From Microthyrium microscopicum (Eukaryota), in the NCBI GenBank assembly GCA_010405405.1, contig MU004236.1, positions 1-64,000 of the forward strand: a stretch of DNA of 64,000 nucleotides, written 5' to 3'. Every line of letters begins with the position of its first letter. The stretch's first letter is position 1. Both the position numbers and the translations under genes were made by a program. The notes beneath the pieces were generated by a model that had not been told where the DNA came from, did not search any database, and saw only the letters and a program-made list of their open reading frames with translations. Of this stretch, positions 13,348 through 24,771 are shown in pieces.

Positions 13348-15420
13348 CTACAGTTTTGCCTTTATACTTGAAATTGGCTGCCATATCTGCACTTCTTTTT
13401 GTGAATAATAATCACTAGGGAAATATTTAGGCCCCAAGACTTTCTTTACGACCTTTCCAGACGGTGTTTTTGGTAGTTCACCTTCTACTACTCTCAGCAA
13501 GGTCGGCATTTTGTATCCTGCTAGTCGTTCCTTCAAATCGCTTCGAAGCTTGTCAATGGTCATCTTCGACCAAGCTGGATCATTGACACTGCCGAGACTG
13601 TCATGTTGCAAAGTGAGAATTGCGCCAACTTTTTGCCCATACTCATCATCAGGAACACCAACGACAATGACTTCCAATGCGTACGGTAAAGCAAGGATTT
13701 CACGCTCGATATCAAGAGCGGATATCTTGTATCCACCTGATTTTATGATGTCAATCGAGGCACGGCCAACAATGAAATAATATTTTCCACAACGCCGAGC
13801 AACTAGATATTTAGTCAGTAAGAGAAAGCCAAAAACGGTGAAACAACGAGCTTCCATAGAGTATGATGTCCAATACCACTGATTTTTGAAGAAACCAAGA
13901 AAACAAGGGTTATCTCAAAGCAGAGTCAATTTGCACTCTCCTGGTCAGGGATCAAAGGTTCCAATAGTAAAATGAGGTGGATGGTAGACATTGCACTCAA
14001 TGGGAGAATTCTGTTTGTTATCCTGCTGTGCTTAAAACTTACTATCGCCAGTTTTGAAATATCCTTGCTCATCATGAGCGTTCTTCGTGGCTTCAGCATC
14101 TCCGAGGTATTTGGCAAACATGTACTGTAAAGTCAATGGTAGTCATCACTCGAATGAAATGACTGACTGGGCTTTTCACCAGAATCTCGCCTTCATCGCC
14201 TTCACTCAACTTGAGATCAATTCCCGCGACCTTTTCTCCAACGGAGCCATCTGGTACATTCTCATCACCAGGATGAGCTTTGATGACAGCCCCAAATTCT
14301 GTTGCTCCATATCTCTGTAGAATCTTTTTGCCCATAACTTGTGTCCAGAAGTCGCTGATCGGGTATGGTAAAGCAGACGATCCACAAATCGCTGTGCGAA
14401 ATTGGCGAGCCCCAGCTAGATATTCCTCAACGATACTTCTCGGGAGCTTGCTCAGTTTCTGTTGAAACAGTCGCCTCATACGCATATAAATGGTCCTGAA
14501 TGGTTGTTAGACTTCAATCGGTCGACGATTGTAACTTACGGAACTCCTGAAAAGAAGGTGATTCTCTTGCTCGGATCTTTTGCTCCTTCTCTCCATCTCT
14601 CCCACATCCAAGTCTCGTCAAATCCGCCGCTACGAAACTCGATACAACAGCCAGTGATCAGGAATGGAAACAAAGTTATTCCAACACCAGTCGCATGGTG
14701 AACTGGTAAGACATGTAACATCACATCGTCTTCTTTCAGACCAAAGATATCTGCCACTGAAAGTGCTCCGTCGAATGTATATGCTCGCCTCATAACAGCT
14801 CCTTTTGGCGGACCCGTTGTTCCAGACGTGAATATTACCAGTCCTGGATCATTTTCATCCAAATACCGATTTGACGAGATGACAATCTGATCTAATGGAA
14901 CATCTTCACTTCCAAGAGACGGCTCGATAGGAATGCAACAAAACTCATGGTCGAAAGAAGACCTGATGGACTGTTGCAGGCGCTTTCCCAGATCCAGGTT
15001 TTTATCACAGGTCAACATCATCAAACTCCCAGATCTTTTGATAAAATATACCGCCTCTTCTACCGGTAGAGCTGTAGTCAAAGGAACTGCAGCAGCTCCA
15101 AGAGCCAAAATCGCGAGAACCGCCACCACATAGCAATATCCACCCGGCGCCAGCACTGCAATATATGTATCTTGTCCTGCATGAATTGCTTTGACTTTCT
15201 CAACAGGGAGAATTTGATACAGCGTTTCACGAAGACTCAAAACGTCGTTGAGCAACTGGAGATTATCGCGTTCCAAGTTTGCGCGTACATCGCGGATTAC
15301 CGGTTTCGGAGGCAGTCGACTGGCGAGTCGCAAGAGTCGTGAAAAGAGGGGTGTACAAGGCAATGTGTTGCGGTCAAAATGCGATGGAACAAATTTTGTT
15401 CGATCATCCATGGTATACAT
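13348..15420 (-). CDS. AMP-binding acyl-CoA synthetase (ACSF3/malonyl-CoA ligase-like) with C-terminal PTS1 (AKL); 3 introns
   Basis: Motifs IFTSGTTGPPKG, RYGATE, YFKTGD, GRASIDIIKSGGYKI, LPKTPSGKV. Introns ~14496-14539, ~14126-14168, ~13803-14042. Ends KAKL*. Confidence 0.93.
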
Positions 15421-16084
15421 ATGAACAGTTGCTTGGTATTAGAGTACCATAAGAAAGATGAAATGCAAACTACCGTGGATCTCCAGAATACGCACTCGTA
15501 GGTACAGGACGGAAATAAGGTCAGTTGATGCACGCTCATTGCCGGCGGATACCAATGGTTCCTGGCGGCAACCGATGAGAACACATATAGTGTACTCATC
15601 TCCTCTCTACTAGCAGCTCACGGTATAGATAGTTATCCAAGTCACTACCTGTTAGGAGCAGGCGATCATCTTGTCTCGCGTATCGCGTCGTCGGCGGTCC
15701 TCTTCGCAAGCTAAGTACCGGTACCTCTCCTTTACCATCTATGAGCGGCACAGACATCATGGTCACCCCTCTAAGCCGTCAACATTGAAGATCGCGACGA
15801 TAAAAAAGGTGCTCACAAACGAGTGTTCTGACTTTGGCGCGCATGTAACTCAAATCATGCGTAATGGCATGGCAAGAGAATGGGTGCTCAACGCTCGTCT
15901 AAATTTTTGTAAATAGCGCAAAGTGCAAACGAGCCTGACAGCCCTGCAGCCTTATTCTCTACTGCCCCTTTTCCCGCCACTTGCTTTTAACTGCCAACGA
16001 TTCTCGATATCTTTCAAACAGGTCATGAAATTGAACTCAGGCCCGTCATGTAAAGAATGGTACAACTCATCTTTACTAGCAGAT

Positions 16085-16112
16085 CCGAGCATCCGAATCC
16101 GCTTTTGCTCGG
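16085..16112. promoter_or_regulatory. CCG/CGG inverted repeat in a divergent promoter, candidate Zn2Cys6 site
   Basis: CCGAGCA-N14-TGCTCGG between the divergent ligase and SDR genes, with more CGG triplets nearby. Confidence 0.3.
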
Positions 16113-16407
16113 TGATCAAGCACAATCGTCATTAACCAAACTTTATTCTAATCGGTCTAGGACGGCTTTTGCGGTTTTTGGGATTCGGGTGACATGCTTT
16201 CAATCCACCCAATGATTTAACTCAGGCGGCTTCTGCGGCTTCTGGAATCTGGGCACAAATACAAGGTCAAAGAAATATTTAAGATGAGCTTCCCACTCTC
16301 AATCAGCACAGAAGATCAGAAAACTCCAGATCTGAATCAAGTACTATTCTATATCCATTCACAATCCGTCTCATTTTGCTTGAACACTGCCTCAATTATC
16401 CCACAAC

Positions 16408-17647
16408 ATGCCAGGATTTGGTGATATACGACAATTCATGATTGGACAAGCATTTGGTTCGACATATATACCGCAAAATGCGGACTTTACAGGAAAGACA
16501 ATAGCTATCACTGGCGCGACTGCTGGGATAGGCCTTGAATGTGCAAAGCATCTGTAAGTCGTTGTTTTCAAAGCTTGTTTCCTCACAAAGCTAATTAAAT
16601 CTTACAGGGCTCGTCTCAATGTTCATACACTAATTCTTGGTTGCCGTAATCTCGAAAGAGGCAAGACTGCGAAGAATATCATCATTAATCAACCAAAGTC
16701 CAAGATTTTGACCTCCATCGAAGTTTGGGAAGTTGATCTTGCGAACTTTTCATCTGTCATTTCTTTTGCGAAACGCATTCAACAGTTTCCAAGACTCGAT
16801 GCATTCATTTCAAATGCTGGAATTGAACCTATGATTTTTCAATTGGCTGAAGACATTGAAATGACACTCACTGTTAATGTTGTGTCAACCATGCTGTTGA
16901 ATATCATGGTTCTTCCCAAACTTCGGGAAACTTCTACCAAATACGCCAGTCCTACCACGTTGACAACTGTTGGTTCTTCGGTGCATATTTTCGGATTGAC
17001 GGAGAACTTGTTGGACAATTTGCATAACAAGTCAAAGGATACTTTTGATATATTGAGTGATCAAAATACCGCCGACTTGGGAGGACCGGATGCTGCGATG
17101 AGTCCACGATATGCTTTAAGTAAAACCATACTTCATGCACTCTTGGGTCGTCTAGCAACGAAAGCATCAAGGAAAGATCAAGAGGTGATTGTAAATTGGG
17201 TGAATCCGGGATGGTAAGTCCATGTACCTATTCCTGTCGACCTTTTCTTAACAAGATTCCAACCATGGCATTCCATACTTCCAAGAACAAGGGATTGGAG
17301 TTCCAACACCTGTTGAATCAGCAGACGATTGATACTAAATTTCACTAACGAATATCAGGTGCGAAAGCGAAATCTCTCGCCATAAAAACGCACCATCTCT
17401 GAGTACCAAAATTTCTATTGCTTTGTTGAGAAGAACTGCCGAACAAGGAAGTCGAGAACTAATTAACGCTATTCTTATTGGAAAAGAATCAAATGGTTGT
17501 TACTTGTCGGAATGTTCTATAAAGCCGGAGTCCGCTTTCTTACGAAGCAAAGATGGTCAACAGTTTGCAGACCAATTGTGGCGAGAGTTGATGTCGCGGT
17601 TTGAAAAGCTATCACCAGAGCCCAACTCCATTCTTGCCCAACAATAA
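16408..17647 (+). CDS. Short-chain dehydrogenase/reductase (retinol-DH/WWOX-like SDR); 2 introns
   Basis: TGATAGIG Rossmann motif, ISNAGI, catalytic YALSK, VNPGW|CESEISRH. Introns 16554-16607 and 17214-17358. Confidence 0.93.
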
Positions 17648-17978
17648 AAATTTAGAATCCTCGATTGTTCTAATCTATCTCTTTGACCGCCATCTGTCAA
17701 GTTTTGTCCAAAGGGCTGGATGTGACATATCGTGCCTTTTTTACCGACCTATATTATTCACTCAACAATTGCTCCATCTGCTACAAGAGCCTCTTTCATT
17801 AATTAATCTCTATCGGATACAAAATGTCAAAGCATTCTTTCTCTAGTGGATTGTATCTTCCCACACAATCTTCGCCACGAGCATGTGCTATTTTGAATAC
17901 TGGAGCGGGTACTGGATATCTGCCCGTACTACGTACAGAATCCAGTGGCTGCCATCATACTCGACTGAAGCATAATGT

Positions 17979-20262
17979 TCATAGCAGGTCACTATTCGTA
18001 GAACTTCCAGTCGTGAATTCCTCGTTAAGAGAGTTTATAAATTCGGACCAGTTGACGTGAGCATCGATATTGTCCCCAGACTTGAGTGGAAGGAAGGCTT
18101 GGTCATGTTCCAACTCCCATAGGTTTTGACTTGCCATTGTAAAATCATTGCTGGTAAGTGCTTCTCCGAAAGAACCATTACCCTGCTCGGATACTTCGGG
18201 AAATATCGTAGAAGAAGCGTGTGAATTATACATCATGGTATCAGGTGTAGGATTGGCTCTCTGTTGCTGAACTCTACGCATCAGTTTCGATATTGGTCTC
18301 CATAGCATCCCATTGTCACTGTCAGCGATCAGTCTGGAGTACCGACGATATGCTTCGAAGGCGACGGCGTATGGATATTCGTCATCCTCCGTGAATGGTC
18401 TGCTGGATAACTCTGCCAGAACAATAGCAAGTGCATGCCATTGAACCCAAGATTTCCATGCCCAAGCAGCATATTCTGGGGACTTTTTCTTTATATCTTG
18501 CTCGAGTACAAAAGTCGCATGCTTGAGTACATCAAAATCATCTGTTGGAGGTACTAGGCCAGCGAATTGTCTGTATGGTGGTCTTCTAATACCAAGATGC
18601 ATACTAGCAATCAAACCTTTTGCCGCTTGCTGAGTAAATGACTGTAAAGCTGACGCATTTTGATCATCGTAGGAGTATTGGGCTATGACATAGCTCTCAA
18701 ATTCTCGCAGCACTTGTAATTTTGCTGGCCAGGCATTCTCTACCAGGTTTGGCATGCTCAAAATCTGTTTATGTGTAGCCATTGCTTGAACCATAAGTGC
18801 GAACAATGACATTTCGTTGAATTTCGAAGTTGATATTTGATGTTTTCCATCAAAAGAGATGTCCTTGCCATTACAATAAAGTGGTGGTGGTCCGAGATCG
18901 TTCCAATGGATTATTGGGAGTGTGCCTCTATCGAAAGATGCGTGGGTATCAATAAGCGCGATGCAATACCACAATCTACGGCGTAGCTGTACATCCAGAT
19001 GATTTGAGATTCCCGAGTCTCCTTGTCCAAGCTGTAAAGCGGTACCAATTCTGACAGCGACAGCCAGTAAAGTCCAAGCTGTTGCTGAGTTGTAAAAAGT
19101 TCGATGTGCAAGCTGAAATAGAAGTAGAGTCAGTTCGATGTACAAAGTCGATTACGAGTTAGGGGCATCACACCAGATATATGACAAATGCTTGTAGCAA
19201 GCCCACGTTGGGGCGCTGTATTAATCTTGCCTCTGAAATCGCGTGTTCGGCGGCTTCACGATACTGCTCAACTGAACCGGTTCGATCTTTTATCCCTAGT
19301 AACGGTCAGATCAAAGTCTTGAGCCAAGCCAAATATTCGAAGATAGTGCTATCAGCGAAACGAGTGTGCAAGATCAGACAAGGTTGCTCCCATCGATTGC
19401 AATTTCTGACACATACCAAGACATCTTGCTTCCTCATCAGTAACTGTGCATAGCGACATGAAGTATATTGAATATTCCAATGCTTTCAAAGAGTCTGAAT
19501 TGTGACCATTTGCCTTCTCATGTATGGGTCGACAAATGCTGTTCAATACTCGAGGCCAGTCTAGAAGCTTATACAAGCAGTCAACTCTTTCTTGATACAG
19601 ATCTAGCAATAGACTCTGCAATCTTTCAGAAGGAACCGGATTGATAGATGGTCCACTTTCTCGAGAAAGTGGCTCATTTAGCCCAAATAATATCAATTTC
19701 TCCGTTGGATGTCCATCATTAGGTTCCGATGGTGACACTGTCAATGGATTTTGATCATCATCTGGCTCATCAAGTATGTCACGAAGACCAGCAATCTAGA
19801 TAATAAGTCAATGGCACACTCTTCTGACCACACAAATAGACAAGACAGACTACGCTCATGTAGTACCTACCTACCTCGTTGGAAAGTGTCGTCCAAAACT
19901 CGGGGGCAAGAAATTCGCCTGCTCGACTCCCAGATGGATATACGGGCTTTAGTTCGGGTGAAACCGTTGTCATATTTTGTGTATGATTACTATGGTTGCT
20001 TGGTGCCTTGTATATTGAGTTATTTATTGGTAGTATCCGTTGAAGCTACACTTACTTGTTTCAAAAGATTTTCCAACCGGGCAACACGCTCATCCAGACT
20101 AGTCTTCTTCGCTCTGGCACTTCTACCTCTGGGTAGACGAGCGCGCTGAACAATTTCACAAGTGCTTCCCAAACTTATACATGCTGAGCAGGGGTTGCGT
20201 TTATCACATCGAATCTTACGTCGCTTGCAGCGTTCGCATGTCAAGAGTGGTATTGAGTCCAT
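17979..20262 (-). CDS. Zn(II)2Cys6 transcription factor with fungal-specific TF domain; multi-exon
   Basis: CERCKRRKIRCDKRNPCSACISLGSTC; downstream AVRIGTALQLG...RRRLWYCI middle homology region. Confidence 0.92.
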
Positions 20263-21286
20263 GGGCAAGAGACCAGCAGTCTTTGAAATTCCAACGTGAT
20301 CGTCCAGCCTGAAAATGCATGTAGTGTGATCGTTAAGTGAGAAAGAGCTCGTCATTGTATGGAGCTAGCAAGCTGGGCAAGATGATGCTAACTCGCGCCG
20401 GATTTACCATTGTTTTAAATCCGAGATCCCTTGATGTAGAAAATATATGGGGAGGTGGCGCAGCTGCCACTGAGGCGGCAAGGCGCTGGAAACTTCATGT
20501 GGTGTGAAAAGTCAGCCTTCTCAATCTCTGGCAGACTATTCGAGAGTCAAGCTTCAAGGCTCTCCAATGCTATTCCGATATTCAAGACTCTTGCAAATTT
20601 CGTGAATCGAATCTTGTAGACAAGGGATGTTGGGGAGTAAACCCTGGACAAGTAATGGCATGATCTTGACAGCCGAGGATTCTAAAACTAACGTTTGTAT
20701 GCTCAATTTCACGTGCTGGTTGTCTACATGGCAAAGTGGCGGTCTGGGATACTGAATTGAGCAGGTCACCAAACTCGATTGACATTCATAGACTCCACTG
20801 CCTTTGGCGGACTATGATCCCTCGTCATATTAATGGAACCACATGTTGCGATTCATGTTTGTATTGACTAAGAGATATCCAATACATCGATCGCAGCTCT
20901 CCATATAAGCACGTTGTCTAGAAAGCACCAATCCGAATCTGCGATCGCTGCATGGTTGCCGTAGACAACCCACATTGAGTAAACAATGAGGGGGATCGTA
21001 TACAAGGATTGAACTCAGAGACCTTGAATGGCTTTTATTCCATCATTACCATAAGCGAAGAACTTTCTTTTGGACATATGCCAAATTTCAGGAGTAAAGA
21101 AATTTGTTCCTACCGAGGCGACGTCGATTATCTGTCATCGCGATTTCATCATGTGCGAGACTAGGAGGACCAAGCATAAATAGACTTGATGAGAACATTT
21201 ACTCATTGCCACGAAATCCAATTGCAGAATCACTATTACAAACAAACTAGTAACTTACCATTGAACACTACAGTCACTAACCCAAG

Positions 21287-22033
21287 ATGATTTTTCAAAG
21301 TATCATTTACGCCGCGCTTCTGGTTACTCCCATTGTTACCTCTCCAGTTTCAGCCCCCCGAGCAGTCCAGGAGGAAACACTCGCAAAACGAAGCGATGAC
21401 ACGATCAAGAATGTCCTCCAAGACGTCATCACCAAGACAAATGCTCTGACAGCAGTTGTGAATAGTTTCACTGGAGACGTCGCTGGAGCCGCACCTGTAA
21501 GAACTTGTCCTTTTAGAACCATCCTACGTTATAATCATAGCATCTTTTGGCTCCCAAAGCATTTTATGGGCGCCACAGACTGTGATGTATTTTGACTGTG
21601 CAGAAAAGACCACTTGGCTCTTTTACGTGTGTCGGCTCTGATGTATCTCTCTGGCAATCTTATGCTAACGAATTAGATTCTTACAGATTCAACAGACCTA
21701 CAAGGTTCCCTTACCAATGGCACAGGCGTTATCAACAGCGCATCAAGCCTATCACTTGAAGGAGTCCTTGTTCTCTTACCAAGTGTATTGTCCTTGGACA
21801 GTTCGGTGGAAGGTGTTTCAAACGCACTGATCAACAAGAAACCTACCTTTGATTCAGCGCAGCTGAGTTCGGTGGTGCTCCAGCAGCTTCAAGGACAACA
21901 AACCGCAGCACAAGGTTTGGTCACTGTTTTACTTGGAAAGCTCCCTTCATATTTGCCTTCAGCTCTCGGAAAAGCACTATCTGCGCCAGCACTTAATGCC
22001 TTAGCCAAGGCTGTCTCTACGTATGGGGGATAA
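21287..22033 (+). CDS. Secreted HsbA/Mp1-like hydrophobic-surface-binding cell wall protein; 1 intron
   Basis: Signal peptide, Kex2 KR site, helical domain with LINKKPTFD..VLQQLQGQ. Intron 21497-21676 joins the two ORF-track pieces in frame. Confidence 0.8.
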
Positions 22034-22786
22034 ATTTGAGGGCGTGTGCAATGAAAGTGTCACATTTTTCTACTGAACAAGAATAACTGCGTGGCCAAAT
22101 CCTGAAAGATTGTTTCCAGCTTGGAAGTAGAGCTTAATCTATTTCGAATCCGTTTCGTGATGTCAAGAGAAATAAAACATCATTAATGAACAATGCTCCA
22201 TTCCAGCATGAAAATCAAATGCGGCTTTTAATAAGCAAAGAAGTCAACATGGTATGAAAGGTCTTGTGGTTTGCACATACTCGCGGATCTACAACTGTGC
22301 TGTTACTGCTTTCAATCAGGCAATTGTTGGACCAAACGAGCGGCATGCTCAAATCACGCACGGTAGCTACCTAAGTGGGTAGGTATATACGCCTTTCCTT
22401 TGAAGATCCAGTTATGATTTACTTTGAAGTCGATCTAATCAAAGATTTGACTTTATTCTGCTTGACGAGCTTCTCTTTGTTTTATTCTGCTGTCTCTAGG
22501 AAATAGTGACGACGAGAGTTCTTAACCTACCTCTAGGTAATTAAAGTTCTTGTATAACTGGATTGAAATCTTATAGCGTACCCGTTGTAAGATCAATCCT
22601 TAGACTATTGTTCTTGGCTCGTAACTCGGCCGGCCCACTTGTTTACGGTACCAATTCTCGAATACAAGAAATACGAAAGGAAACCACCGTGTCAATAACT
22701 GAAGGAAGCCATGCTTCCAGTTTTCTTTTTGTCAAATAGAAGATTACCTTTCGTCCTTTTCCTCAAGCACTACAGAAGAGCCTAGG

Positions 22787-24356
22787 ATGTTTCAGTCAAA
22801 TTCTTTCCAAGACAGCAAGCCTTTATTCACAAGTCAGCGGCTCGTTGTCAATCCGAAGATCGCCGAACAGAATAAAACAAGTCAGATATATTGGCTAAGC
22901 GACATACGATGGATTCACCACAAAATCGTCTATTACAATCCTAGCTCTGGCAAAATCAAGAATTACTTTTTCAGGGATGGCTTCGCCAGTCGTTGGAAAA
23001 GATTACCTTCTAAGCCCACCAAGCTACAACTCGGGCAGAATGTGTCTTTCTGCCGTTCACTATCGACTTTCTTGAAAAGCTTAAAGATCAAAAATATTGC
23101 AGACGCTTTCACAGGTGGTCAGGGGCCTTCCGGACCAGGTACTGATTCCTCTCGGCAAAAGATGTCCGGTACCTACCAGACTGCTCACCATCACAATGTC
23201 ATGAATAGTTCGCTCCTATAACCTTCCTATGGAGTTGCTCCTAGACATCGCTGAATACTTGAGCCCCATCCACCGAGCTATTATGCAGCGCGTTTGTAAC
23301 AAGTTTCGAGAAGGATTGGCATCAAGCAAAATCTCACCAGAGTACGAAGGCTATACTGGAAGCTTAGATATCTTCGTTGGAAGATCAAAAGACATTATAC
23401 AGTTCAGTTGTCTACTGAGGCGGGATAAGCACCGCAAACTGCAGGAAGAGTACACTCGGATGTGCGATGCGTCGCCTATAGAGTCATCGCTGAATCGATT
23501 GGGATGCTCTGGATGTCTTACTATCCACCCCAAGGAGAGCTTCTCCTCGAAGCAGCTAGCTATTCGTTCGCAGAGCCGTGTCTGTACTGGACTTGAAGGC
23601 TCGTTTCAGATTTGCCAACATTTCTCATTTTCCGGCGAGTGTGTTTTTCGGGCGCTTCGCGAAATGAAGAATGCAGAGCTTTTCTGTCAATCTCACCATC
23701 CCTCAAACGTCGGCGGCAAAAGACTGGAGTTCCGAGCCGAATCTAGATCATACCCTCGTATTGGTTACCATGGTGGACACACAATCACCGTGGATCGTCT
23801 AATTTCTATTCTGATTTTGGGTACGAAAATAGAAATCCCACCAACTCTACTTGACTCGTCTATAAGAGGCCGGTGTGTAGATATATGCCCACATCTCAAC
23901 ACTACCAGTCCAGAATTATTCAACGGAAAGCCAGTCATCGCTCTGGATTGTGACCCTGTTCGATCACGGGAAGTGCCAAGAATGCGATACGATCAAGGAA
24001 TTCTAGTACCTGCACCCTGGGAACATCGATTCGTGGATGTTCGTTTGGGATGGTATAAGCCTTGGTTTCAATGCCGTCATCCGGATTGTTACACCCGCTA
24101 CTGCCTCAGAGAGATAGACATGAGAGTGGTTTTGGTCATCAGCCGTGACATCTTTGGCTCTCCGACTCATCCAGGCTGGAAAGCACAAATGGAGGCCGAG
24201 TTGGGGTTCGAGGGTACGTTGAAAACTGACAGTATTGATAGAGAGGCAAGGTTGGATGTTGTGCTAGAGCCGAAAACTCCAGAATGTGCAGCCCGTTTCA
24301 ATAAATGTAAAGGGGAATGTGCCCTGGCAAGATATCAACAACTCATGGAGTCTTGA
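22787..24356 (+). CDS. F-box domain protein, apparently split by a 1-nt frameshift at ~23219
   Basis: Removing one base joins ...SSLL to NLPMELLLDIAEYLSP...RVCNKFR (F-box consensus). Cys/His-rich C-terminal part (CSGCLTIHP, ICQH, CPH). Confidence 0.65.
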
Positions 24357-24370
24357 CAAGTCTTAAGTAC

Positions 24371-24583
24371 CAACCGGTGGACAAAATAACTGGCGTGCCC
24401 CAATTAACTCTAATGGCTCCTACCAACGCTTCCAAATAGCAAATACTATAATTCCCATCACAATCGATTGATAGTGGTAGAATAAACGTAGTCCTTGGGA
24501 AATAAAGCACTCGATAACAAAGCGTGGCAGATGGGAGCCATAGAAGTCGATGGGGGCACGCCAGTTATTTTGTCCTTCGGTTG
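24371..24583. mobile_element. MITE-like palindromic element, copy A (213 bp)
   Basis: TIRs caaccggtggacaaaataactggcgtgcccc / gggggcacgccagttattttgtccttcggttg; flanks AGTAC(C)/AGTACC. Confidence 0.85.
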
Positions 24584-24771
24584 AGTACCTAGACAAAGGG
24601 GCAAAAAACAAATGGCGCGTTCACGTCAATCAAGAAGTCTCTTATTGCACGGTTGACAAAGACGACGAGAGAAAATTCTGGGAGGTCAAAAGGCGAGATA
24701 AGGAGAGATGGTAACCTATTGGCTCGGACTAAACAACGGGTATCGAATGGTAATAGAAATACAGCAAATGC

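Noticed and set aside
24593..24640. Extra left-TIR-like sequence (ggcaaaaaacaaatggcgcgttc) next to copy A
   Set aside because: No matching right arm found, so it is not counted as a separate copy.
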